A stretch of 62,106 bases of DNA, the filler included, from Kipferlia bialata (lineage: Eukaryota): NCBI GenBank assembly GCA_003568945.1. It is 3 parts of 3 records of this genome, joined end to end, with 100 filler letters (N's around TTAATTAATTAA, not from the genome) between each part and the next. Parts side by side here need not be neighbours in the genome. Positions count along the whole stretch, not along the records: positions 1 to 26,132 come from BDIP01000197.1; 2 more parts are not named here. One strand, 5' to 3'. The translations under genes and the position numbers were made by a program. Shown in pieces: positions 1-12,100 of the stretch (positions are counted from its first letter, which is position 1; every line of letters begins with the position of its first letter). The notes below the pieces were generated by a model, which saw only the letters and a program-made list of their open reading frames with translations, was not told the origin of the DNA and made no database searches.

Positions 1-2690
1 CAGAACAGTGGCAAGAGCCACACCCTCAACAGCATAGTGGAGTCATGCATGCTCACATGTCCTCCTGTCACCCAGTGCGTACACTAATATGTATTTGGCG
101 ACCAGATTCATATCACCCCCACTCTATGTCCTATATATATTCACTCTCTATACCCACCCTTACTTCAGGGGCACCAACATGGTCACTCTCGTGTGCTCAT
201 ATGACAGGACCCAGGTGAGACACACTCTATCCCCCCCCCCCCCCCGACTCCACAATATTGCTAATAGTGAGGTCCGCACCTCCCCCACCCCCAGGTCAAC
301 TACTGTGAGAGCATAGGCCTTGGCCTAGTAGGGGCAGCAGGGGTAGTGGCATCACCCTGTGTGGTGCTGGTCTCACCCCACAACTACAGGCAGAGGCAGC
401 AGTTCTTCAGCTCATTCCCCAACGTTCAGGTATATGGTTTCCTTTGTATACTTGTATAGATGTGGGTGTGTCTGGTACTGGTCCTGGTAGTGCCTTTCCA
501 AGTAGGTAATCTCTATATTCAAAGTGTGTCTCCTCACTCCAGGTCCACCCCCTTCTGTTCCCCTTTGAGGACCTGGATGCCTCCTACCTCAGGATGCTGA
601 TGGGTCTGGACAGTGGGAAGGTGCCCCTATACGAGGGGGTGCTCATGGCACTGCTCAGAAGGGTGAGGTGTATATGGATAACCATGTCTTCCAACATCCC
701 TCTTGTATATCCAATCTCTCCTCTCTTGTATACTCTACCCTCACCCTAGGTCCAGCGTTCAGGGCGCAGACCGACCTGGACGGACTTTCTCACACTCATC
801 GCAAAGTATGTGTTTGTGTGTTTAATATTTATGATACACTCATCACAAAGTGGGTATTGCCTCCCACATGAAGACTAGTGCACCGTCCCTCCTTACTCTC
901 TACTGGTAGTCAGTCTTCTCACTGTCAGTGCTGGCTTCACCCCTGCCCAGATGCAGCCCCTGCAGCAGAGGGTCGACATGCTGGCAGGTATGCACACATG
1001 AATACAGTTTCCATTGTGTATAGTCTAGTGTTCTCTTGATGTAATTTAGATGCTCTAGACATTAGTGTAGGGTGGACATGCTGGCAAGTAGAGTAGACAC
1101 ATGTATATATATGTATACATGTAAATGGGAATTGTATCCCCTGTATAGTATACTCCAGACATTAGTGCAGGTATACACATGATTGCAGTACGCATAGTGA
1201 ATTTGGTGTGGTAATCTCTTTGGTGACCCCAGGCCTTGTCATGGAGTCTGACATCAACAAGGAGAGTACAGCACACAATGCCACATCCTGTATCAGCCTG
1301 CTGTCGTCACTGCAGCCAGGTATATGCATACATGTATTTGCGCGCGCACGTATATGTATACAAGTATATACATCCCCAAGTGGGAATGATGATATTGGGA
1401 CGTATTCTTTCTCCTCTGTCATCATCCTCCATAACTCTAGCATAGTGATGGACAGTGCCTTTCTCTGTTTTAGTTGTACTCACACTTCATTCACCTAACC
1501 CCAGGGTCCCTAGTGATATGTGACCTCACCGACCCCTTACTGGGTCCCGAGGACGCTAACGCCATATTCAGTGTAGGTATGCGTGTGTTCAGAAGGGATA
1601 TCAGGATGTGTATGGTCATTATTACTTTGGTTGCATTTCTGTGCAAGTCTCTAACCGCAGTGTCCCAGCTGTTTGTTGGCTCCCATGCCACATATGACAA
1701 GCTGCTTGTGCTGGATGAGGCACACAAGTACCTACAGGTCGAAGGTACGGACATAGGACATGGGTGGAGTGTGTCAGTATTCTCAGTCTGGGTTTGCTTG
1801 TCCATACGGGGGAGGGAGGCCACTTCACCAGTGATCACGCATTGTATATTGTGATGCCTTTCCATATATATTATCCTAATGGGCCAGGCCCTCTCAGCAA
1901 GACCCTCCTCACCACTGTGCGCCAGATGAGGCACTGCGGGTGCAGGTTGGTGTAGACTATATGTATGCGTGTATATTCTCGCATGTGCACATGCATCCTT
2001 TCACTAGTGGCGCGGGAATAGACAGTCACTCTCTGACTCCAGGGTTGTCCTCTCCACCCAGTCTCCCTCGGATATCCCCAGAGAGTTCCTAGAGCTCTGT
2101 TCCCTCGCAGTGATGCACAAGTACGATTTATTGGTTTTATATAGTCTACTTGTTGACCAATGTGTTTTGGTTATTCAATTTATAGTCCTCAGCGTTCTCT
2201 TCACCTGGACTTCAATGATAATTATTCAAGATTGGTTACTGTATGAGTGTCACACACTTATACAGGTTTTTCAGCCCCACCTGGGCCAGCCACCTCTGCA
2301 AGAGTCTGCATCTAGGCCTTGACAGGTACGTTCCTATTAATATATACACATACACACACACATATATATAGAGAGTACGTGTGGAACTCTGTACCCACCC
2401 TAGTGCCTCCCTTCTGCTATCCCTTTCCCACTGTGGTGTTGGGGAGTGTCTGGTGTTCGACCCCCATGCAAGTAGCAGACTGGGCTCAGAGGTCGGGGGG
2501 GCAGTGGGAAACTGCATCAAGGTTAGACCTCTGTACTCAGTTTCTACACGATGGCATCCTATCTAATGTTCAGGCCCGCATCAGACCCCGTCTCACCATG
2601 GACGCTGGGTCCAGTATCAGGACTGCCACAACCCTCGATAGAGACACCCCAGGGGAGGGAAAGGAGAGAGAGAGGGAGAGAGAGACATAG
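1..2690 (+). CDS. FtsK/HerA/VirB4-like P-loop ATPase, multi-exon, 5'-partial
   Basis: Spliced translation gives Walker A remnant QNSGKSHT (1-24), VLVSPNNY, LRMLMG..PLY, Walker B LLVLDEAHKYL (~1702-1735), and the arginine-finger/sensor block RQMRHCGCR|VVLSTQSP..IP..FLELCS..VMHK|FFSP.W. It ends RIRPRLTMDAGSS...TAG at 2690. Introns are GT-AG, e.g. 75-168. Confidence 0.75.
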
Positions 2691-3417
2691 GGAGAGGATG
2701 ACGGACGGGGGGATTAGGAGACACATTAAGAGCACAACCTTCGACCCTCCGGATGCGAAGGAGGAGGAACGTGTGTCTATCTAAGAGGAGAGAGCCGTGG
2801 GTGGATTGTGATCATCAGTGAGCCTCTAGTCTTCGGGGCTAGTGGGTATTCACGTTGGTCCCATATTCATCGGGTTATAGTGAATAGATTGGAATGTCAG
2901 GTAGATTATCATATATACCAGGTGTTTAGCAGCTGAAGACAGTCAGAGTGCGATTGTCAGTACCAGAATGAGTGGTGAATGCACATAACCGTGTATTTGA
3001 GAGAGTGGTGTACTGAGGCAGAGTCTGAGCCTGCCACTAGGATATCCAGATGGAACACAGGGTGATAGAGGACTGCTTACAGTTGATACAAGCCATACTT
3101 GTTCTACATATAGTATGGTAGTACTCATTATAGACAGAATGAATACGAATTGACTCGGAGCTTAGGTGGGTGAGTCAGTTCAACACAAGCTTTAGAAAGG
3201 CATCCGTCTAGTATCTTCACATTCTTTACTCCAATACTTGGTGCCATAGACTCTGTACGTAGTCTAGGAAACACCGATACATAGAGCCGTTGAATGTGAC
3301 ATCTACACAGTCATATATACACATTACTTTAAAATATAAGACATCTTGTAGCAGTTCCCCGACTCTCTCTCGGCGAAGAAGTCTCTCGCTCACTCTACGT
3401 ATCAATTTGAATTATGT

Positions 3418-3897
3418 AGGTCTTGTGTACGGAGAAGACACTACTTCGATATGTGACAAGAACGGCAGCTCCCCAACACGCTGACTGGTGTAGACAAGCC
3501 AAATGGGGCCTACTCTATCCGTGAGGTCAATAGACTACCCGGATACGTAAGAGAATAGACCTATGTGGCGACCATGGCAGTAGAAGAGGTGAGAGCGCAG
3601 TAGGGTCAGGCGGGATGGCATTAGGGACTGTAACTGCGGAATAGCCACACTCTCCACATTCTCTTGACACAGGGCCACAGAACAGAGCCGAGATGTTCTG
3701 CTGTTCTCTAGCCAGTAGAAGGTAGTGTCATCTGAGCAGTAGCCACGCCCCTCTGTTTCCTCCAAGACTCTGACTCTGCCACACTCACCGGTCTCAGGGG
3801 TGTAGAGAAGAGGGGGATCTACGGTCAGAGACGTAGAATCCGCAATGAGTTGAACTATTGTTTTTGATTCTACACCCCTCTTTCACCAACTTGTCAT
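3418..3897 (-). pseudogene. possible degraded intronless coding segment
   Basis: One frame reads ~160 codons with coding-like composition, interrupted by a TGA near the start and a TAG at 3535-3537. No family recognised. Confidence 0.2.
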
Positions 3898-4370
3898 GAC
3901 TCTTTCCTCTTTGTCAGGCACTTTCAGTGACAATACCAGTATGTCAGGATGTCAGCCATGGGCTAAAGGGCCAGGCGTCGTAGTGCGCTGCTCTTTCAAA
4001 ACAGTGTGATTGTAGGATCCAACCCGAGTTACCCATAGAGCATCACAACTGTGAGAGACAAGTACACACACTCCACATATGCCGGACTGTGTCTCCCTCG
4101 ATCTGACCCTCCCTGCCAGGTCAGTCATCAGTGGCAGGCTGAGGCAGAGACTGTGCAGCATGCCCAGATACACCCACATGGCAGCCACGCTCAATGGAAG
4201 GTATGGATCATCTGCACTATTTCCTCAAACTCACGTGCCAATTCCATATATGAGCTGGTAGTACCAACCTGGTACTAGTATATTTCTATTGTTTTAGTGT
4301 CCCCACACGTCCATCATCGATGACTACCCCCCCCCCCCCCCCCCCCCCCCCCACCTTCTTTGCATCCTCC

Positions 4371-5135
4371 NNNNNNNNNNNNNNNNNNNNNNNNNNNNNN
4401 NNNNNNNNNNNNNNNNNNNNNNNNNNNNNNNNNNNNNNNNNNNNNNNNNNNNNNNNNNNNNNNNNNNNNNNNNNNNNNNNNNNNNNNNNNNNNNNNNNNN
4501 NNNNNNNNNNNNNNNNNNNNNNNNNNNNNNNNNNNNNNNNNNNNNNNNNNNNNNNNNNNNNNNNNNNNNNNNNNNNNNNNNNNNNNNNNNNNNNNNNNNN
4601 NNNNNNNNNNNNNNNNNNNNNNNNNNNNNNNNNNNNNNNNNNNNNNNNNNNNNNNNNNNNNNNNNNNNNNNNNNNNNNNNNNNNNNNNNNNNNNNNNNNN
4701 NNNNNNNNNNNNNNNNNNNNNNNNNNNNNNNNNNNNNNNNNNNNNNNNNNNNNNNNNNNNNNNNNNNNNNNNNNNNNNNNNNNNNNNNNNNNNNNNNNNN
4801 NNNNNNNNNNNNNNNNNNNNNNNNNNNNNNNNNNNNNNNNNNNNNNNNNNNNNNNNNNNNNNNNNNNNNNNNNNNNNNNNNNNNNNNNNNNNNNNNNNNN
4901 NNNNNNNNNNNNNNNNNNNNNNNNNNNNNNNNNNNNNNNNNNNNNNNNNNNNNNNNNNNNNNNNNNNNNNNNNNNNNNNNNNNNNNNNNNNNNNNNNNNN
5001 NNNNNNNNNNNNNNNNNNNNNNNNNNNNNNNNNNNNNNNNNNNNNNNNNNNNNNNNNNNNNNNNNNNNNNNNNNNNNNNNNNNNNNNNNNNNNNNNNNNN
5101 NNNNNNNNNNNNNNNNNNNNNNNNNNNNNNNNNNN
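4371..5135. other. assembly gap (N run) flanked by poly-C
   Basis: Ns seen directly; poly-C at ~4327-4352 and ~5155-5175. Confidence 0.99.
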
Positions 5136-5411
5136 CACCATATACATACACCAACCCCCCCCCCCCCCCCCCCCCAAAGATAGACAATTATTGTTCTTCT
5201 GCCTTGGGTATCTTATCAGTGTTTGTCTTCTTCTTCTTACAGTGATCTGACCTGTATCACATATCCTCTCCTCCCTATTTCCTGTATCCTCACCCGCATA
5301 CTTCCTCTCCGTCTGCCTGTGCTGCTGCTGTTCTTTCTCTCTCTCTCATAGTTGTGTGCCGCTGTGTACTCTCCTATATATATATATATATATATATATT
5401 CCTTATCTCAG

Positions 5412-5784
5412 GCTCCCTCTTCGTCTGCCTCTGCTGCTGCTGCTGCTGCTCTTGCAACAAGAGGGCCGGGATGAAGGACGCCAAGATCGAGCTCGCCAAG
5501 GAGGTATATACAGTGTACTAATATATGTATTGAATATCAATATTATATGTCTGTATTATATCATGTGTGTGTATGTATCTAAACCCCAGGCCGCCAAGAA
5601 CCCACACCAGAGGCCCACCGGCCGCGTTGTTCCCCAGGTATGTGACCCACATGATCTCTCTCTCTCTCTCTCTCTCTCTCCCCCTTGGTATTTCTCTCTC
5701 CCTCTCTCTCTCTCCCTACACCCCTAATCTCAGGTCATGATGCCCGGCCAGATGCAGCAGGCTGTTTACGTCACACCCGTCTAA
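5412..5784 (+). CDS. C-terminal three exons of a probable membrane protein with juxtamembrane Cys run, 5'-partial
   Basis: Exons read SLFVCLCCCCCCSCNKRAGMKDAKIELAKE | AAKNPHQRPTGRVVPQ | VMMPGQMQQAVYVTPV-TAA(5782-5784), with consensus splice sites. The 5' part probably lies in the gap. Confidence 0.6.
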
Positions 5785-6111
5785 GTCCACTCAGCACTCT
5801 AGTGAATAGAGTCTCTGTCTAGAGGATAGATGGAAGAGTGTATTGATAGTGTCTGGACTGATGTCTGTGTGTTCCATGTATGTTCCAGCTGAACTGACGT
5901 GTTCTGTCTGTCTCACTGTATAAATATGTTGTTCGTGTAGTGGTGGTGCTAAAAGAGTGCTTAAACGCAAGAGACTTACACACATACATCTATTCACACA
6001 GTGTCACATACACACCCAAAGTTAAACACACACACACTGTCATCAACACACTCCAGTTGTCATACACACTCCTCTCTCTCTCTCTCTCTGTCTCTCTGTT
6101 TCTCTCTCTCC

Positions 6112-9100
6112 CTACATCTCATAGAGGTCCATGACACCCTCCCCCTCCTCCATGTCGAAGTTCTTGCTGTGGCCAGCTGGGGTGAGGGCATCACTATGTA
6201 TAATGACAAGACAAATATGTGTGTGAGATCCAATATGTATATTTATGCATTTATAGTAATAGTGTATACAACGACGTACCACTGAGAACTCCATGTCCTA
6301 AACACATTACACAAGCCATTCTCATTTCCCACAAACATTCTTGAATGATGTCCCACATAACATTACAATACTCCAAATGAGTCATGTATATACATCCACG
6401 TACCCACTGAGAACTCGACGTCCTCCTCCTCCCCTGGGGTGTGCCAGGTCTGGATGATGTACTGGCCTGGGGTCAGGTATAGTAAAGGGTACATGTACAG
6501 TGAAGTGTATATATTCATTGCATATATATACTGATGACTCATACTTAGTCTGGATGATGTACTGGCCTGCGGTCAGGAGCGGAAATACTATTGAGAATAT
6601 CTATTAATGTGTGTGTCTAATTCCTCATATAGTATATATATTATATGTACATACAAGCATGAAGTCTAACCTGGCTCAGCCCAGAATGTGTGACCGAGCG
6701 GTAGGATCGTATGTACTACAATACTGTACTACTGATAGGGACGTACAATATATGTATTAATTTACAATAGTATACTACATGCTTACCTGGCTCAGCCCAG
6801 AATGTGACCGAGGGGTAGGGAGAGTCCTCCTGGGACTCATAGACCTCCTCCTGACAGTGAGATATATATATGTGTGTGGGATATGCATATATAGAGAGGG
6901 GGAGAGTAACGGCGTACACCTCCTAACAGTGAGGGAGAGATAGACATAGAGACGATATACACATACAGACACATATATATATATGATTGTGTGAGAGAGC
7001 GATACAATGAGTCTTAGCTTTGATATATAACAAGTGTTAGATATATTGTGTGTGGGAGAAACGGATTCAACCAGCAATATACTCATATATTTAGGGAAAG
7101 AGAGAACTTAGCCTTAGAGAGAGTGGACTCACCGCAGACTCGAAGAAGTCTCCATCCCTGACCTCGTATGCCTCCTCCTCGTCCTTGACAACCTGGGTAT
7201 TAGCATATGTATATACGTATGTGAGGGTATGAAGCATGTATGTATGCCTCTTGAATACAACCTGAGGTGGGAGGATAACATACAAATATCCACATATGCA
7301 TGTTTGTGGACATGAACGGTAGTGTTCTCACAACATTACGAGAGAGGAAACGGGTGTATATATGTATAAAAATATACGTCCATGAACGTATGTCTATACA
7401 TATATTACTGGCCCTGATGAGACATGCAGTACTCGTACTGTTACTGCATGCATATACATATATATATATTGTAGTATGTGTGTAATGTGTCTATGTTATT
7501 ACTATACTGTGATACTCACCCTGATGCAGTACTGGTACTCGTCGTCCTCCACCTGGGGGTAAGGCAAGGCGGAAAGGAGAGAGTAGCATACATATAGAAA
7601 GTGAGTGAGAGAGAGAGCGAGAGACAGAGAGTGAGACGTACCATATCTCCCTGGTATGCAGCTGCCACCATGATCTCCTCTCCCTCCTCCACCACAAAGG
7701 AGTACTGCACACTGTTCTCATAGTCTCCCTCGCCCATGTTGTCCTGAGGGGTCAGGCATACTGGAACTACGTATTAATAATATATACACACTATATATGA
7801 ATACAAGAGAGTGTATGTATGTATGTACAAGAGAGTGTATGTGAGGCTCTCACTCTCTCTCTATATATATATATGTATGTATACATATATACATGTATAT
7901 GAGTATACCTCTGAGGTGCATGCCATTGCTGTCTCCCTGCTCCCAGAGGGGATCCGTCTGAACTTGATGGTCTTGCTGGCCTTGCACTTGGGGGGTTAGG
8001 ATATTAGTTAGTATACACTATAGGAAGACACCAGTTAGATGTATGGGGAATATCAGTATATTATCAATATTAGCGTGTGGTCTTGTCTAAATCATGGGGG
8101 AATAACGCGTAGCTACATGAAGAGTAAAAGTATTCTACAGTGTAAATTTCTTGTGGGTATACTGTATTTATATATATATCGATAAATATACAGTTACCTG
8201 CAGCATGAGGGGCTTACCGCACTGGTCGTCATGGCCCACGCAGATGAGGTACCTGGGGGTGGGAGGATATATACATAATACATATATAGAATATATATTA
8301 TTTATTATATTATTTATAGAATATATACATATATATTGTATACTACTATAGTACTCTCATCTATACTACTATAGTATACATGTATGTATTGGGAAGGTGT
8401 CCACATAGGTAGATAAGAACTCAAACACTCTCGCAGAAGACAAGGAGACACTCACTTTCCAGCCTCGAGGCTAGTCTCCAGCCAGTAGCCAGAGTGGTAG
8501 GAGCCCATGTAGCCCTGGGGTAAGGATCGTGTTAAGATACTTGCATATATTGAGAGAGACAGTTTAGTAGTATTGTATGTATATATGGAGGAGTGATAGG
8601 AGTACACACACATATATACCCATACATATATAGATCTAGAGTACACACCTCTGGCATCTCTGCCTCCTCGTCCTCCTCCATCACTGACGACATGCATATT
8701 GATACCTTAGTATAACCTGCGTACATATACTTCACCTATATATCTCTGCGTATTATACCTATATGTATTAGAATATATTATTACCCACCTCTGGCATCTC
8801 TGCCTCCTCGTCCTCCTCCATCATAGATACGACATACATATACTGATACCATACTTGACCATATGTATATATAAATGAATACATATACTCAAGCATATAT
8901 ACCTCTGGCATTTCTGCCTCCTCGTCCTCCTCCATCATCGTCAGGAACTCAGTCCCGTCCATCCTGCGCATGTGGCTGCCCTTGAGACCATCAGGCACAG
9001 AGAAGACTGGGGTTAATTAGATACATTACACGGTATATACTAACTACTATATATATGTATACTAATATATATATATATATATATATGACTGCCCTTAAGA

Positions 9101-12100
9101 CCATCAGGCACAAAAAGGACTGGGTAAGTAAGAAGACATGAAGAGAGTGGAGTTAACTATGGTAATATATGAATTTATATATATGAAGTATTATGTATAT
9201 ATATATGTGTGTGTGTGTGTGAGTGTGAGAGAGTATATAGAGAGAGAGGTTACACGTACTGTTGTACCAGGGTGCATAGCTCTCCTGCTCGTCCTCCACC
9301 CCATCCCCGTCCAGGTCCTGTGGCTTGTCACACACCCTGATCTTGAGGTCGGTGTCCTCATCCAGGACAAAGGAGTACTGGGGGTGAGGAAACAAATCAA
9401 ACATACCTATAATACTAATCATTACTAGGAGCGTGTATAGTATAGGGAGTGTATAGCGAGTCTACCTGGGGTGCGTTGTGTGGGAAGAGGGGTGCCGACT
9501 CCATGTCCTCTGGGACATCTGGCATGGCAACCACAACCTCACTCAGCACTGAGGGTGAGGACATGGATATGGATAGAGTACTAAGCTTATCAGTATGATA
9601 TATCTGATGTATTTAGGTCCACTATATACTATGTATGCTACATATTCTAAACTAGTACTATATGGAGTACCTGGGTAGTACGACCCGTCCTCGTCCCCCT
9701 CCATGCCCTCGAGCTCCTCGGCATCATAGTCATCCCCATAGCAGAACTCCTCCTGGGGTGGGTAGATGGTATATCGTACACATCCAGAGACAAAAAATAT
9801 ATATAGTTCATAATATACAGTATCTATACAGTATTATATGAATATGTAACATTGGGGTCATAGTCATCACCGTAGCAGAACTCCTCCTGGGGTGGGTATA
9901 CAGTTCATGGTATGAACAACATATAGAAAATTTGTCCAGATATATGTATGTGTTATACCTCGAGAGGCTCCTTGAGAGAGCTTGGCACAGGGTAGGGGAG
10001 GTCGGTGGGGGGCCACACGCCATCGGGTCTAGGGTAAGACAACTAGCGAACCATCCATTCAATACCCCACTATAAACACAAATGAATTAGCTCTTGGACC
10101 CACCTAGGGAATGCCTTGAACCAGTCAAAGACCACCATAACAAACCATAAGTAGACCAATAGACAATACTGGTATACATGTATATTCTAACCTTTGATAT
10201 GCCTTGAACCACCCAATAGTGTCATATATTACACATTAGTACAATATACAACGTATGCACCCACCTAGGGAATGCCTAGGACCACCCAACGACCGTTATC
10301 AGTGTAAGTAGCAGAGTGTCTCTTTATGATTACACATATATATAGGTAATACAGGTATTCAGAATGTACCCACCTTGGGAATGCCTTGAACCACCCAAAG
10401 ACAGTTAGTGGTAATAGTAGTATAATATATATGAATACACATAAATGAGTAACAAAGATATACCAATATACATATACCTTGGGAATGCCTTGAACCACCC
10501 AAAGAACTGGCTGAATGCGGTGTGGGGGAGGAAGAAGGTGCCGTCCTGAGGGTCAGCATAAGTATCAGGAACCAGTACAGGTATCAGTACAGGGATATGT
10601 GTTATTGTAAATACTGTATATACTATGATGACATCCATACATCGTCTGTGAACTGGTGTCTGGTGCACTCCTGCACAAAGGGGAACTGGGTCCACTCGGC
10701 AGAGCCTATTGGGTAAGAAACCAGAGGCTGTATTCAGATACCATATTCATACTCTATACCACGTTAAACTCACCGTCACTCCAGGGTCCCTTCCACTCCC
10801 CGTGGGAGCCCCAGGTGTTCCTGGGGGTGAGATGTATTGACCGTACATGTTAAGATCACACTATCAAGTTCACACTATCAAAGTATATAACAATTATATA
10901 CTATCAGTAATCGTCTGTATGATAGAGATAGCCATAGGTAGTCACAGTATAGTGTATACGTATAGTCTGTAAATATACCTAAGCTTGACCAACTTGATGT
11001 CCAGACAGTAGCAATATACTATATATGTACTATACGAATATGTATATAGCATTAATGTATATATACATACTGTACCTGAGCTTGACCAGCTTGATGCCTG
11101 TCTCCTGGTGGTGGAAGGTGCCTGGGGTGAAGAGACAACACACATATACATTGAGATATACATGAAAATAGTAAAATATTATTCCTTACCTAGTGCTGTG
11201 TACTCCTGGTCATCTAGATATACCAATGTATACACTGGTACGAATACAGTATATACTATTATAGATATAGTATGTACCTAGTGCCGTGTACTCCTGGTCT
11301 GACAGCAGGCCATAAGCACTGATATAGATAGTAGTCTATATACTAGTATATATATATAGTAGTGTATATACCTAGTGCCGTGTACTCCTGGTCTTCTATA
11401 TACTATACTATCTATATACTATACTATCTATATACTATACTATACACCAGATACTGCTATACATGTACCTAGTGCCGTGTACTCCTGGTCTGGCAGCAGT
11501 CCATGCATGGACACACCCTCATCCTCACACCCGGTGGAGCTGGGGGGTGAGTATAGAGTAAGAGTAACACAATACCCATATTAGAACACCTATATATACT
11601 ACTATATATTTGCATAACAAATATAGTAACGTACGCTGAGACCCACGCCCCCCTTGAGAACAGCCTATAAATACCAATTCTTATATATATATATATATAT
11701 ATATAGCTATATATATAGCTGTATATACCATGCTATATGTACTGTATGAGTCTAATACTAGTGTATACACGTACGCTGAGACCCATGCCCCCCTTGAGAA
11801 TAGGACCCCCAGCCAGTTGAAGAGGGTGTCGGCAGTACCCTCCTCCAGGTGGGTGTAGCACCTGGCGCCTGGTGTTAGAGTATATATATATACATACCTT
11901 ATATATACAAACTATTTTTCTTTACATATATATATATGTGTGTGTATGTATGTATGTATACCTGTGAGCACAGAGATTGGCTCCATGCCGATGTTGAGAC
12001 CAAATGAGAGACCTTGCCAGGACCCATTGATCTGGGGGTGAGGATAGTATGGTATATAGAGTATACATATACAGTAGATGTATAGTAGGAGAGAGATAGT

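Noticed and set aside
3535..3537. TAA/TAG reassigned to Gln as in hexamitid diplomonads
   Set aside because: Well-supported genes end in TAG or TAA at expected positions (2690, 17552, 55973), and their exons lack in-frame TAR.
4314..5250. Long ORFs of ~290 aa in the ORF track
   Set aside because: They consist of N-gap and poly-C/G sequence.
10101..11500. CRISPR-like look of spaced direct repeats
   Set aside because: The repeats are exon-end copies with irregular low-complexity spacers, there are no cas genes, and the context is eukaryotic.
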